Assembly: GCA_963778225.1 (NCBI GenBank)
Contig: CAVZTR010000012.1
Coordinates: forward strand, 239,254 to 303,253
Origin: an uncultured Alphaproteobacteria bacterium
GTDB taxonomy: Bacteria; Pseudomonadota; Alphaproteobacteria; Rhizobiales; Hyphomicrobiaceae
Direction: 5' to 3'
DNA length: 64,000 nt
Positions within the stretch are counted from its first letter, which is position 1; the number at the start of each line of letters is the position of its first letter. Shown piece by piece: positions 49,812 through 59,298 of this stretch. The notes under the pieces were generated by a model. The model saw only the letters and a list, made by a program, of their open reading frames with translations. It did no database searches and was not told the origin of the DNA. Made by a program: the position numbers and the translations under genes.

Positions 49812-51307
49812 ATGTCGACTGTCGAAGCTCAGCCGCAGATCGCCGACGCGTTGGATGCCACTGAGAGCGCTGCGTCGCAGATCGTGACCAAGGCGCCGCG
49901 CCGACGCGTGCCGCGCCGGCTCGCTGCCGATCTCGTGGGTGTCGCCGACATTGCTGCGGTTCTCGCGGCGTTCATGCTGCCGGCGGTGATTTACAGCAAG
50001 GCAGGCGGCATCGTGACCGACTGGCCGATGCTCGTTCGGTCGGGACTTGCCGCGGCTATCATCGTGCACATGATGCTGCGTCTCTCCGGGATGTATGCAG
50101 CCGAGAGGCTCCATGATTTTCCGGTTCGGCCGGGTCTGCTGTTTGCCACACTCACCGTCACGATGTTGGGTCTGCTCGGTCATGGGATGCCCTATGCCCT
50201 TCGGGCAGATCATGCATGGGTCTGGTTCAGCGTCGGTCTTTCGGCGGGCTTCACGCTCTTACTGTTCAACCGCGCTATCGCGAATACGCTTTTTGCACGG
50301 CTGACCCAGAAGGGCGTTTTCGACGAACGCATCGCCGTTTTCGGGGCTGGGTCCATCGCGCGGCGTGTGAAGGAGCATCTCGAGGCCGTGCCGTCCGGCA
50401 TCCATTTCGCCGGCGTTTTCGACGACCGCATGGGCACCGATCGCATCAATTCGGACGGGCTCAGTCTGGCGGGGCGCTTGGAAGATTTGGTTCGTGCGGC
50501 TCGAAGCAACGAGATCGACAAGATCATCATCGCCCTCCCGCCGTCCGCCGATCAACGCATCAGCAAGATCGCCCGCCAGCTGGAAGCCTTGCCCGTCGGT
50601 CTGCATGTCGTGACGCACATCTCGTCCGATCTCCTCGACGACGGCCCGGCGCACACCGTGTCGGCTGTCGGTCCGGTGGGACTGCTTGACGTTAAAAAAA
50701 AAAGCCGATCGATGATTGGCAGCGCATCCTGAAGCGGGGAGAGGACATCGTGGCGGGCGGCCTGTTGCTTCTGGTGACGCTGCCTCTGTTCCCGATCATC
50801 GCACTCGCGATCAAGCTCGATAGCCCGGGTCCTGTCGTGTTTCAGCAGCGGCGCAGCGGCCGTAACCAGGCTCCTTTCAACGTGCTCAAGTTCCGCACCA
50901 TGACCGTGCAGCATGTGACGGACGAAGTGCAGCAGGCGACCGCCGGCGATCCTCGCATCACGCGCGTGGGACAGATCCTGCGCCGCACGAGCCTCGATGA
51001 ACTGCCGCAGCTCATCAACGTGCTCAAGGGGGAGATGTCGTTGGTCGGTCCACGTCCGCATCTGGCTGAGCACGACGAGCGCTTCGCGGCGATCGTCGAC
51101 ACCTATCCGCATCGCCACCAGGTCAAACCCGGCCTCACGGGTCTCGCCCAGGTGTCCGGCTTCCGCGGCGAGACGCGAACGCGCGACAGCGTCGAGGGAC
51201 GGGTAGCAGCGGACCTCGATTATGTCCGCAACTGGTCTTTGTGGCTCGACACGAAAATCATCGCGCGCACGTTCATGGCCGTCGTGTCGGGACGTAACGC
51301 TTACTAG
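49812..51307 (+). pseudogene. undecaprenyl-phosphate hexose-1-phosphate transferase (WbaP/ExoY-type priming glycosyltransferase), split inside an A10 run
   Basis: ORF 49812..50732 carries the TM and CoA-binding-like N-terminal half. ORF 50750..51307 carries the Bac_transf catalytic domain (IKLDSPGPVVFQQRRSGRNQAPFNVLKFRTM ... DELPQLINVLKGEMSLVGPRP). In the second frame the sequence right after the A-run reads KKKPIDDWQRILKRGEDIVAGGLLLL, the expected linker. Confidence 0.85.
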
Positions 51308-51342
51308 TCCACCGATCCAGCCCACAGGGGAGGAACCGGTCA

Positions 51343-52665
51343 ATGCTGGATGCTTTCAGGAAGACGCCGCTTCCGATCACGTTGGCGATCCTGAGCTTCA
51401 TTTCGCCGACCGAGCTTTCGCTCGTTGTCGGAGACTTGCGCTTGTCCGCACACCGCGTCGTGTTCCTGATCTTCATTCCGTTCGCTCTTTACCGGCTGGC
51501 CCTGCGCCCCGACTGCCGGCTGAAGCTCTATGACGTTCCGTTCTTCGGATTGGCCATTTGGCAGATTTTCGCCTTTACGTATCACGGTGGCCAAGCTGGC
51601 TTCATCTTCGGCGGGTCGGCGGCGCTGGAGAGCCTCGGCGCCTATGCCATCGCGCGCGCCTACATCCGCGATCTGGAAACGCTGCAAGCCGCGATGCGCA
51701 TAGTCTTCTATTCGATCGTGCTGGCGGCGCTCATAGCCCTGCTCGATACGCTTACCGGCACGCACTTCATCCACGAACTTCTGCGCAAGGCGCTTGGTGG
51801 GCCTCCGCTTCCGCCTGTCGAATTTCGAAAAGGGATCGTGCGAGCCGCCTCGACGTTCGATCATCCGATTCACTACGGAACCTATTGTGCAGCCATGTTC
51901 GCGCTGATCTGGATGTGCGAACCGAAGAAGACTTGGCGATATGTCCGCGCCGCCGGAATTGGGGTGGCTGCTTTCCTCGCGATGTCGTCGGCACCGCTTC
52001 TAAGCCTCAGCGTGCAGTGCGCCATGATGGCTTGGAACAGGTTTACCGTCGCCATTCCGTTCCGCGTGCAGATCACGCTCGCAGTTCTCGTTGGTCTCTA
52101 CCTCGGGGTGCTGCTCGTCTCTAACCGTCCGCCGGTCCAGATCCTCATCTCCGTCGCGACCTTCGACCCGTGGACGGGCTACTACCGCATGCTGATCTGG
52201 GAATATGGCCTGGAGAATGTGTGGGGCAGCCCATGGGTCGGTATCGGCCTGGCGGATTGGGAACGTCCAAAGTGGATGTACTCGTCGACAATCGATGCCT
52301 ATTGGCTGGTGCTAGCACTCCGCACCGGTATTCCCGCCTTCCTCTTGGTTGCAACCGGCATCATCATGATCTGCTACGGCGTCGTGACGCGGGGACGCGG
52401 ATCCCGCGATCCGCTGCGCCGACGCATATCGGCGGGTTGGCTCATTTCGCTCATTGGGATCTGCCTGCTCGGCGCAACGGTGCACTACTGGAATGTGCCG
52501 CACGCGCTGCTCTACTTCGTTCTTGGCCTCGGCAGTGCGCTGGCCGATACCAAGCGCGTGACGAGTGCCGCGTCGCAATTGGCCCAGCCGATGCGACCCC
52601 GGCACCCCAGCTTCATCCGCCCGCAAAGCCGGCCCTCGCTGCCCGGCGCCGCTCTGCCGGCCTGA
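51343..52665 (+). CDS. O-antigen ligase/polymerase-like (Wzy family) integral membrane protein
   Basis: 440 aa with more than 10 predicted TM segments and a large loop, in an EPS locus context. Confidence 0.7.
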   Translation: MLDAFRKTPLPITLAILSFISPTELSLVVGDLRLSAHRVVFLIFIPFALYRLALRPDCRLKLYDVPFFGLAIWQIFAFTYHGGQAGFIFGGSAALESLGAYAIARAYIRDLETLQAAMRIVFYSIVLAALIALLDTLTGTHFIHELLRKALGGPPLPPVEFRKGIVRAASTFDHPIHYGTYCAAMFALIWMCEPKKTWRYVRAAGIGVAAFLAMSSAPLLSLSVQCAMMAWNRFTVAIPFRVQITLAVLVGLYLGVLLVSNRPPVQILISVATFDPWTGYYRMLIWEYGLENVWGSPWVGIGLADWERPKWMYSSTIDAYWLVLALRTGIPAFLLVATGIIMICYGVVTRGRGSRDPLRRRISAGWLISLIGICLLGATVHYWNVPHALLYFVLGLGSALADTKRVTSAASQLAQPMRPRHPSFIRPQSRPSLPGAALPA

Positions 52666-52755
52666 TGACTTTATTCTCGTCAATGGGAGATCTGTCGGTG
52701 ATGGACGACAGCGATCGATCGACGCGCGCCTAGCCTGAATCTGCGGCCTTCGAAT

Positions 52756-54042
52756 TCAACCGACGGTTTTCGGAGTGAGGACCGCGCGGAGTGCCGTGCT
52801 CCAGGAGACGGATGCTTGCGACGGTGTGTAGACGAGGCCGAGCCCGTTCACGGCGCGCAGGATGATCTCTGCCTTGGCGTCCCATGTTTCACCGGCGACA
52901 CGGGTACGCGCGGCGTCGGGATCATAAGGATGCTTGAGGCTCGCACGGATTGCATTTGCGAACGTGTCGGCGTCGTTTGCTACGCGGACGAGGTCGCGCC
53001 AGCCATCGAGGGCGGGGAAATCGGTCGTGACGACCGGACGGCCGACGGCCAAGTATTCCTTGAGCTTGATCGGGTTGCAGGCCTTGATCCAGTCACTCTT
53101 GTTCCAGGGCATGATGAGCACGTCCATGGCCGCCATGTAGCGCGCAATGACGTCGTAGGGCTTCCGGCCTAGGAAGCGCACATTCGGCAAATCGCACCAA
53201 CCCTCAGGCAGCGAGCAACTGCCGATCATGACGAAATTGACGGTGGGCATTTGCTTGGCCACCGCGAGAAACAAGTCCGGATCGAAGGTGTGGGCATCTA
53301 TACCGCCGATGAACCCGACGCGCGGCTTGCCGATTACGGCGACGTCAGCCGGTCCTGGAGCACGCTTCGATCCCTCGGCAATGAAGGTTTGGACATCCGC
53401 CCCGTGAGTGACGAGCAATTGGCTGCGAACCTCGGCCGCCTCTTCGGTCATCAGATGCGGTGCGCAATAGATGATCATATCGGCGGCGCGTTTAATCTTC
53501 GCCACCTGCTCGGTGAGCAGAATCGGGTCGCCCTCGGGGAATGCTTCGAACCGATCGGTTCGCTGCATCACTGTGCCGACGGGCTTCAGTTCATCAATGA
53601 GGTCGGCGCCTGCGGGGCAATGCATCCACAGCAGCGGCCTCGTAATGCCGGCGCGGCGTGCGGCCAGGCGGATTTGAGGGGCGAGTGCGAAGCCCGAAAT
53701 TGTCTTGCCGGTCTGGCCGGGGATGCTGAGAGGCGAGAAAACCCAGAAGCCGTTTTCAACATTGACGACGCCGCGCGCGAGGCTTTTCAACTTGCGCTGT
53801 ATCTTGCCGACGAACTGTCCGGGGTTCTTGGCGTCGGGGACGCGTACGCCGAGTGAGTTGACGAACAGCACCGGCATGGTGCGGGCGAAGCGGCGCATGA
53901 CCTGGAAATCGAAGTGACCGCGGTTATGATACCACCAGTCCGAGCCACCGATGCAGATGATGCCGTCAAACTCGCGGCGAGCAGGCGCGTTCATTCGCGT
54001 GGTTTCCTGGTCCGTGGGCAGATGGCGGTGGAGAACGGACAT
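52756..54042 (-). CDS. glycosyltransferase (GT-B, GT4-like)
   Basis: FDGIICIGGSDWWYHNRGH N-terminus and a C-terminal GT1/GT4-type region (PNVRFLGRKPY..., KLKEYLAVGRPVVTT). Start uncertain (ATG 54042 or 53994; the track ORF extends to 54207). Confidence 0.75.
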   Translation of the reverse strand: MSVLHRHLPTDQETTRMNAPARREFDGIICIGGSDWWYHNRGHFDFQVMRRFARTMPVLFVNSLGVRVPDAKNPGQFVGKIQRKLKSLARGVVNVENGFWVFSPLSIPGQTGKTISGFALAPQIRLAARRAGITRPLLWMHCPAGADLIDELKPVGTVMQRTDRFEAFPEGDPILLTEQVAKIKRAADMIIYCAPHLMTEEAAEVRSQLLVTHGADVQTFIAEGSKRAPGPADVAVIGKPRVGFIGGIDAHTFDPDLFLAVAKQMPTVNFVMIGSCSLPEGWCDLPNVRFLGRKPYDVIARYMAAMDVLIMPWNKSDWIKACNPIKLKEYLAVGRPVVTTDFPALDGWRDLVRVANDADTFANAIRASLKHPYDPDAARTRVAGETWDAKAEIILRAVNGLGLVYTPSQASVSWSTALRAVLTPKTVG

Positions 54043-54259
54043 GAGATTGCAGATTCCTAAAGCGCCATCGACACACGCCACGCTGCTTGAGACAAAGCTG
54101 CTGGGGGCCAAAATGCTCGGACCGTACTCTGCACGATCGTCGTTAATCGTTTCCTCAAATCGCGCGCGCATGGTGGTGCAGTTCTGCCGCTGATCCGCGC
54201 GCGCCATCCGTTAACAACCTCTTAACGGGCAAGCGCGCTTCTCTCGGAGCGCTTATTCC

Positions 54260-55276
54260 TTGACCTCGCCTCGCAGCATCGACGTCTCGATCCTGATCGT
54301 GAGTTTCAACACACGCGAGTTGACGCTCGCGGCGATCTCATCGGTCGTGCGCGAAACGCGCGATCTCGATTATGAGATCATCGTCGTCGACAACGCGTCC
54401 TCGGATGGATCTGCGGACGCGATCGCCGCCCATCCGGCACGGCCAAAACTGATCCGCCTCAGTGACAACATCGGATTCGGGCGCGGGAACAATCTTGCCG
54501 CTGAGCATGCGACCGGGCGCTACGTGTTGCTGCTCAATCCCGACACTGTCGTCACTGACCGCGCCATCGATCGTCTCGTTTCATTCGCGCGAGCCAATCC
54601 GCGGGCGCTGATCTGGGGTGGACGAACGCTCTTCGCCGACGGCAGCCTCAACCCTGCTTCATGCTGGCAGCGCATCACGCCCTGGAATCTGGCGATGCGC
54701 GTCACAGGTCTCGCGGCCCTGTTCCCACAATCGGCACTGTTCAATCCAGAAGCCTTTGGCGGCTGGCCGCGCGACACAGTGCGCGAAGTCGATATTGTCT
54801 CGGGCTGCTTCCTCATGATCCCGCGCGCAGTGTGGCAGGCGCTCGGCGGCTTCGATGCCACCTTCTTCATGTACGGCGAGGAAGCCGACTTGTGCCTGCG
54901 TGCGCAGCGGATCGGCGCGCGGCCGACCGTGACGCCCGAGGCGACGATCATTCACCACGGCGGCGCATCGGAAAAGACGCGGGCCGGCAAGATGACGAAG
55001 CTTCTTGCGGCCAAATCGACGCTGATCGCCCGGCATTGGCCGCGCGGCACGGTCGTGTTCGGACAATTTCTGCTGATGATGTGGCCGCTAACGCGCTGGT
55101 TGGTGTGGGACGTGCTCGCCCGCATCAAAGATGACGCGCGAGCCCGCGAGGCTGCCTCCACATGGCACTCCGTTTGGGCCGCTCGCGACGACTGGCGGTC
55201 GGGCTATGGGGAGCCGAGCCTGACCGATGCTGAGCGCCTGGCGGTCGCCGCCGTGCATGTGGGAGGCGCCCCGTGA
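54260..55276 (+). CDS. family 2 glycosyltransferase
   Basis: VSILIVSFNTRELT..., VVDNASSDGS, LLLNPDT (DxD-like), and FFMYGEEADLC typical of rhamnosyl/GT2 enzymes. TTG start. Confidence 0.85.
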   Translation: MTSPRSIDVSILIVSFNTRELTLAAISSVVRETRDLDYEIIVVDNASSDGSADAIAAHPARPKLIRLSDNIGFGRGNNLAAEHATGRYVLLLNPDTVVTDRAIDRLVSFARANPRALIWGGRTLFADGSLNPASCWQRITPWNLAMRVTGLAALFPQSALFNPEAFGGWPRDTVREVDIVSGCFLMIPRAVWQALGGFDATFFMYGEEADLCLRAQRIGARPTVTPEATIIHHGGASEKTRAGKMTKLLAAKSTLIARHWPRGTVVFGQFLLMMWPLTRWLVWDVLARIKDDARAREAASTWHSVWAARDDWRSGYGEPSLTDAERLAVAAVHVGGAP

Positions 55277-56091
55277 ATCAGACAGAACCCACAGTTATTA
55301 CGGCCTCTGCATACAATGGCACCGTTGCTCCGCGTTACTCGATCGGCACGCTGGTGACGAATCTCGAGCAGTATGCGGCGATGCGCGAGACGTTCGCTGC
55401 GGGCGGATTCGACAGCTCGAACTCAGAGTTTCTTTATCTCGACAACCGAGGCCCCCATCAAAGCGGCGCATATAGAGGGCTGAACGCACTTCTTCACGCC
55501 GCGCGCGGACGCTATGTCATCCTGTGCCATCAGGACGTGCGGTTGCTCACGGACGGATTGGAGGCACTCGACCGTCGTCTCGCAGATCTCGATAGCCGCG
55601 ATGCCAACTGGGCACTCGCCGGCAACGCGGGCGGTCTGCAACCCGGCGTGCTCGCGCATCGCATTTCCGACCCGCACGGGGCGAACCGCAATTCCGGAGA
55701 TCTGCCGGTGCGCGTCATGAGCCTTGATGAGAATTTCATCGTCGTAAAGCGCAGCGCGCGTGTCGGGTGCTCGGTGGACTTGGACGGTTTTCACTTCTAT
55801 GGGCCGGACCTCTGTCTCAACGCGGATGTCGCGGGCTACAGCGCGTGGGTGATCGATTTCCATCTGATGCATCTGTCGGGCGGCACGAAGAGCGCCGATT
55901 TCTACGCCGCGCAGGAGGCGTTCCGCGTCAAGTGGAGCCATGCGCTTCGCCCGCGCTGGATGCAAACGACCTGCGCGCTGCTGCGTCTCTCCGGATTTGG
56001 CCTCGATCGTGAGGCGGGTCGCTTAACTGAGCGCTCTTATGCGGGGCTGCTGCGGCGTCTGCCTCGCCAGCGGTCGTCGGGCAAGGCTTGA
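55273..56091 (+). CDS. uncharacterised GT-A-like protein (putative glycosyltransferase)
   Basis: 272 aa. YSIGTLVTN...YLDNRG...GRYVILCHQDV...DENFIVV pattern resembles a nucleotide-diphospho-sugar transferase fold. GTGA overlap with the upstream GT2 gene. Confidence 0.55.
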   Translation: MNQTEPTVITASAYNGTVAPRYSIGTLVTNLEQYAAMRETFAAGGFDSSNSEFLYLDNRGPHQSGAYRGLNALLHAARGRYVILCHQDVRLLTDGLEALDRRLADLDSRDANWALAGNAGGLQPGVLAHRISDPHGANRNSGDLPVRVMSLDENFIVVKRSARVGCSVDLDGFHFYGPDLCLNADVAGYSAWVIDFHLMHLSGGTKSADFYAAQEAFRVKWSHALRPRWMQTTCALLRLSGFGLDREAGRLTERSYAGLLRRLPRQRSSGKA

Positions 56092-57545
56092 TGGCGATGG
56101 CTGACAGCCGCAAGACCTCGCGCATGATCCGCCGTCGCGTCGCGGGGCAGGGTGCGTTCCTGATGTCGGGTTTTGCCGCGTCGCAGGTCATGTCGTTCGG
56201 CCGCAACGCGATGCTTGGGCACATGCTGGCGAAGGGTGATTTCGGTATCGCCGCGATCCTGACGCTGCTGTTGCAGCTGCTCGACAACCTGACCGACCTT
56301 GGTGTTGACCGGCTCATCGTGCAGGCGCGGGATGGAGGGCAAGCGCGGTTTATCGCCACTAACCACATGGCGCTCATCGTGCGCGGCATCGTAATCGCGG
56401 CCATGCTGCTGGTGGGCTCGGTGCCGATTGCGGCATTCTTCGCCGTTCCGGACGCGGCTGCGTCGATCGCTGCGCTTTCGCTCGTTCCTCTCATCAAAGG
56501 CTTTCAGCATCTCGATGCGCGGCGTGCCCAGCGCCACCTCGACAATCGCCCGTTCCTGTGGATCGAGGTGCTTCCGCAGGCGGTTGCTCTGGCTCTGACA
56601 TGGCCGGTGGTCAAGGCGATCCCTGATTTCCGCGCCGTCGTGGTGCTGTCGGTCGCGCAGGCCACGGCGGGAATGCTCGTGTCGCATTGGGTAGCGAGCC
56701 GGCGCTATCGTGTTGCGTTCGATCCTGCAATCATCCGGCGCCTCATCGACTTTGGCTGGCCCATCTGGCTCAGCGCCTTTCCGCTTGTTGCCGTCTATCA
56801 TGGGGACCGGATCGTCATCGGTCATATGATCGGCATCGAGGCTCTCGCAGGCTACAGCGCTGCATTCATGGTGGCGATGGTGCCGGGGCTCATCGCGGCC
56901 AAGGTCGGGCAGTCGCTCATGCTGCCCCTGTTCGCCAGCGCGCGCGGCGACGATGCTCTCCTGACGCGGCGGTTCGCAGCCATGACGGAGGCGACCACCA
57001 TCCTCGCGGCTATCTATCTCGCCACGGCGATGCTTCTCGGCGGGACGCTTCTGCAGATTGCGTTCGGGCCCAATTTTGCAGGGCTTGGCGGGGTCATGGC
57101 GTGGCTCGCGGCGATGTGGTCCGTGCGCATGCTGCAGGCCGTTCCGGGAATGGTTCTCTTATCGATGGGCGAAACGAGGCCGTTCCTCATCGCGGGGTGC
57201 ATTCGCGCGGCCGCGCTGATCCCGGCGATCGTGGTCGCCGCACTCGGATTTGGTCTCGAAGCGGTGGCTGTGATGGGGTTTGCCGGCGAAGTGGCGTCAC
57301 TCGCCTATGTTTCCTGGCGGATGGACGCTCAGGTGAGCGGCTTGTCGGGCGTGTTCGTCCGGCGCGCCGCGTTTCTGCTCCCGGCAGCGTTGACGGCGGC
57401 GGGTGCGCTTGCTGTTACGGGCGGGCCGGATGAGATTGCGCTGCGCGGCATCGGGCTGGTCGTGACGCTGGCCGTGATCGCCCTCTTCGCCGCGGCGGTC
57501 ATGCCTGAGACACGCAACCGGTTGCAGAGTGCCGCCAGGGCCTGA
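56091..57545 (+). CDS. oligosaccharide flippase (Wzx, MOP superfamily)
   Basis: About 484 aa with about 12-14 TM segments. The start overlaps the upstream stop (ATGA). Confidence 0.8.
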   Translation: MAMADSRKTSRMIRRRVAGQGAFLMSGFAASQVMSFGRNAMLGHMLAKGDFGIAAILTLLLQLLDNLTDLGVDRLIVQARDGGQARFIATNHMALIVRGIVIAAMLLVGSVPIAAFFAVPDAAASIAALSLVPLIKGFQHLDARRAQRHLDNRPFLWIEVLPQAVALALTWPVVKAIPDFRAVVVLSVAQATAGMLVSHWVASRRYRVAFDPAIIRRLIDFGWPIWLSAFPLVAVYHGDRIVIGHMIGIEALAGYSAAFMVAMVPGLIAAKVGQSLMLPLFASARGDDALLTRRFAAMTEATTILAAIYLATAMLLGGTLLQIAFGPNFAGLGGVMAWLAAMWSVRMLQAVPGMVLLSMGETRPFLIAGCIRAAALIPAIVVAALGFGLEAVAVMGFAGEVASLAYVSWRMDAQVSGLSGVFVRRAAFLLPAALTAAGALAVTGGPDEIALRGIGLVVTLAVIALFAAAVMPETRNRLQSAARA

Positions 57546-57583
57546 CGTCCCCATCTTCGCAATCGATGAAGCGATGAGGCCGT

Positions 57584-58828
57584 TCAGTCGTGAGCCGGCA
57601 TCACCACGGGACGCGCGGCATTGCGGACCTTGAGGCCGAGCGCGCATTCATAAGCGGAAAGTAGACGGCTGCGCTCTTCGTCCCAGCGCAGCAGCGACTT
57701 TGCACGCGCCACACCTTCGGCGGCGGTGGATTCGCGCAGTGCGCTGTTATCGAGAAGCGTGAGCATGCGGGTTGCGAGCGAGCGGGGACAGTTGTCTTCC
57801 GCGTAAAGTGCGGCGTCGGCCGCCATCTTGCGGCCCTCGTTCAAGTCAAACTGAACGAACGGGATGCCGAGCGTCATGTACTCCAAGACCTTATTCATGG
57901 AGATCTTGTCGTTATAGACGTTCTTCGGATCAGGGATGATGCCGATGTCGAAGGTCGACATGGCGGTCAGGAGCGCGTTGCCGGACTGGAAGCCGGGGAA
58001 TGTGATGTAATCTTCCAGACCACGCTCGGCTGACAGCTTTTTGAGATAAGGCAGTTCGGTGCCGGTGCCGACGATGAGGGCCTGCACGTCGTTGCGACCG
58101 TGTTCGTTGACAATGGCATGCATGGCTTCGACCATCAGATCGACGCCGTCCTGGCTGCCCATGATGCCAACAAAGCCGACGAGATGCTTGCGACCCATCT
58201 TCAATGCCGGATTGGGCTCGACGCGACGGAAGCGGCTGGTGTCGGGTACGGAGCGCACGATGAACACGCGGTCTTTGTCCATGCGGCCGCGGCCTGTCGC
58301 GATATCGCGGAAGGTTTCGTTGGTGGCGATGGCTACATCCGCAACACGGAAGGTCTGACGCTCGAAGAAGTGGAGCAACCGGTGCCACGCGCCCCGGCGG
58401 CCGAATTTAGCTTCGTACAGTTCGGGGTTGATGTCGTGGTGGTCGAATACGAACGGCTTGCCGAACAGATACTTCCAGAAGGCGCCAATGATGAAGAGCA
58501 GATCGGGTGGATTGCAGGCCTGCACGGCGTCGAAGCCGACCTTGAAGTAGGCCTTCACCGAGAGCACAAATTCGAAGAACAGCGCGGTAGAGTATTCCGC
58601 GACATAGCCCAACGGCCCACTCGCTTCGATGGGAAGCGGATGGCGGAAGATGTGCACCCCATCAAGTTGTTCGTACGGCGCGGTATGGATGCCGCCCTTC
58701 GGACAGACGACAGAGACGGTGTAGCCTGCGTCGCGTAGCGCGCAGGCTTCCTGCCACACGCGCCGATCGAGCGGCACCGTGAGGTTTTCAACGATGATAA
58801 GGATACCCGGGCGGCGCGTTCCCAACAC
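57584..58828 (-). CDS. family 4 glycosyltransferase
   Basis: ILIIVENLTVPLDRRVWQEACALRDAGY N-terminus and a GT4 C-terminal domain (GFVGIMGSQDGVD...). GTG 58828 with GAAGGA upstream is proposed; the track ORF extends to 58915. Confidence 0.8.
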   Translation of the reverse strand: MLGTRRPGILIIVENLTVPLDRRVWQEACALRDAGYTVSVVCPKGGIHTAPYEQLDGVHIFRHPLPIEASGPLGYVAEYSTALFFEFVLSVKAYFKVGFDAVQACNPPDLLFIIGAFWKYLFGKPFVFDHHDINPELYEAKFGRRGAWHRLLHFFERQTFRVADVAIATNETFRDIATGRGRMDKDRVFIVRSVPDTSRFRRVEPNPALKMGRKHLVGFVGIMGSQDGVDLMVEAMHAIVNEHGRNDVQALIVGTGTELPYLKKLSAERGLEDYITFPGFQSGNALLTAMSTFDIGIIPDPKNVYNDKISMNKVLEYMTLGIPFVQFDLNEGRKMAADAALYAEDNCPRSLATRMLTLLDNSALRESTAAEGVARAKSLLRWDEERSRLLSAYECALGLKVRNAARPVVMPAHD

Positions 58829-59061
58829 GGCGCTGTCCTTCTGATGCTGCCGGTTGCGGCGGGTTCTGCCGCACCGTTCGAAGGGCATCCTGGGACATGA
58901 GGGTAAAGGATCCATTCCCGAAAACGGTCGAAGAAGCCTGACTTATGTCTCGATCCGGGACACTGCGGCCTTCGCTCGAGAAATTTTTGCAGGCACGGTT
59001 CTTGCGGCTTTTACAACAGACGTTTACGCTTGTTTAAGTTCTGTCTCGGAGTGCAGGTCCC

Positions 59062-59298
59062 GTGTTTCGAATTTCCCGCAATCGTCCCTGGCCGCCGGCG
59101 ATTGACCTTTCAACGGTGCGCGAAACCCTCATCTATATGCGCGACGATGCTCGCGCAGTGCCAGGTCTAGAACATGTCGCCGCGTCGCTCGATGCTGCGA
59201 TCGGCGAAGTCGACGCTGCAGAAGCCACGTTGAAGCCCATCAGCTTGAGCCCTGTCGAGTCGCGGTTCCTGCCAATGCGGCCGCGCTCGGTCTCCTGA
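59062..59298 (+). CDS. hypothetical small protein
   Basis: 78-aa ORF with a GTG start. No recognisable motifs; weak call. Confidence 0.3.
   Translation: MFRISRNRPWPPAIDLSTVRETLIYMRDDARAVPGLEHVAASLDAAIGEVDAAEATLKPISLSPVESRFLPMRPRSVS

Noticed and set aside
59040-59075. tRNA-like T-loop motif (GTTTCGAATT)
   Set aside because: The flanking bases cannot form a T-stem or acceptor stem, and no cloverleaf can be drawn.
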